This document shows positions 63,370 to 64,000 of a stretch of DNA of 64,000 bases, piece by piece. The notes below the pieces were generated by a model. That model searched no databases. It saw only the letters and a program-made list of their open reading frames with translations, and was not told the origin of the DNA. Made by a program: the position numbers and the translations under genes. Within the stretch, counting starts at the first letter, position 1. Every line of letters begins with the position of its first letter. Source of the stretch: an uncultured Acidobacteriaceae bacterium (lineage in GTDB: Bacteria; Acidobacteriota; Terriglobia; Terriglobales; Acidobacteriaceae); contig CAVWUF010000002.1 in assembly GCA_963758135.1 (NCBI GenBank), positions 110,822 to 174,821 of the forward strand. The letters are read 5' to 3'.

Positions 63370-64000
63370 ATGATCACACGTCGCGAGTTCCTCGACACGA
63401 TGGCGCTGGGTGCGGCCGGTCTGGCCATCAACAGCACTGCGAAAAGTTACGCCCAGATCATGGGCTCCAACGACCGCCTCAACTTCGCCATCATCGGACT
63501 CCACAGCCGCGGCTACGCCCATCTGTCCGCCCTCGCAGCGAACCATGACACCGCGCGCGTCGCCTGGATTTGCGATGTGGAGAGCAACTTCATGGCGAAG
63601 TTTGCCGACGAAGCCCAGAAGGAGCTCGGCTACGCGCCCCAGACTGAAAGCGACTTCCGAAAGCTTCTCGAGCGCAAAGACATCGATGCCGTTTCCATCG
63701 CCACCCCCGACCACTGGCATGCGCCGATGGCTATCGCGGGAGTCGAGGCCGGCAAGCACGTCTATGTCGAAAAGCCCTGCAGTCATAACCCCGCCGAAGG
63801 TGCGCTCCTCATCGCCGCCCAAAAGAAGTACGGCAAGCTTGTGCAAATGGGAACGCAACAGCGCTCCTCGCCCCACACCATCGAAATTGTCCAGAAGATT
63901 CACGACGGAGTTATTGGGCGTGCTTATTACGCGATGGCCTGGTATGTGAACACGCGTAAGTCAATCGGCTACGGGAAGCCGGCGCCCGTCCCGCCGACTC
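63370..64000 (+). CDS. Tat-signal Gfo/Idh/MocA-family oxidoreductase, 3' end outside window
   Basis: Not in the ORF track (no stop in the window); I translated it by hand from ATG 63370, which has GGAGA at 63361-63365. Sequence: MITRREFLDTMALGAAGLAI ... LNFAIIGLHSRGYAH ... DAVSIATPDHWH ... HVYVEKPCSHN. Open to nt 64000. Confidence 0.8.
   Translation, partial: MITRREFLDTMALGAAGLAINSTAKSYAQIMGSNDRLNFAIIGLHSRGYAHLSALAANHDTARVAWICDVESNFMAKFADEAQKELGYAPQTESDFRKLLERKDIDAVSIATPDHWHAPMAIAGVEAGKHVYVEKPCSHNPAEGALLIAAQKKYGKLVQMGTQQRSSPHTIEIVQKIHDGVIGRAYYAMAWYVNTRKSIGYGKPAPVPPT

Noticed and set aside
1-64000. Search for mobile-element hallmarks (transposase DDE motifs, integrase, terminal inverted repeats, phage genes) and for rRNA, tRNA or tmRNA.
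   Set aside because: None was recognised by eye in any frame. The only large repeats are intragenic. A proper scan (ISfinder, tRNAscan-SE, Rfam) would be needed to exclude small elements.

Overview
GC-rich 64 kb chromosomal window. Gene content and style suggest an Acidobacteriota-like soil bacterium, but that taxonomic guess is inference only. I can support about 34 protein-coding genes. I found no rRNA or tRNA, no CRISPR array, and no recognisable transposase, integrase or phage genes.

Left to right:
(1) The 3' part of a STAND-type NTPase that carries a TM helix between the ATPase and a TPR array, followed by a secreted beta-barrel-like protein.
(2) A cellulose synthase locus (bcsQ, in-frame fused bcsA-bcsB, bcsC). 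It is followed on the same strand by three DUF3857/transglutaminase-like paralogues, two of which have lost the catalytic Cys/His. One strong terminator closes the block.
(3) A minus-strand block: TPR membrane protein, ClC channel with CBS pair, a histidine-kinase-like protein whose H-box His is Gln, a stand-alone KdpD N-terminal/USP protein, and a CsgG-family protein.
(4) larE-larC-larB (nickel-pincer cofactor synthesis) with no larA in view.
(5) Redox and housekeeping genes (quinone oxidoreductase, SCO1, Gfo/Idh/MocA, icd, mdh), a truncated four-helix-bundle gene, an MgtE-N/CBS protein without a membrane domain, and a REC-PAS response regulator.
(6) The most unusual region, about 19 kb holding three tandem giant paralogous secreted beta-helix proteins. 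They share a core of about 830 aa but carry entirely different C-terminal repeat cassettes: 13 He_PIG-like, 11+5+1 GGSWSWTGPNGF modules, 7 MBG-like, and a 6-bladed tectonin-like propeller. One of the three is interrupted by a 1-nt frameshift. Each gene is preceded by a conserved ACCAAAGA-N4-TTGAC promoter-like element.
(7) A Big_2 protein, an orphan protein, and a Tat-signal TIM-barrel isomerase / Gfo-Idh-MocA oxidoreductase pair running off the right edge.

All family calls come from motif recognition by eye. No searches were run.
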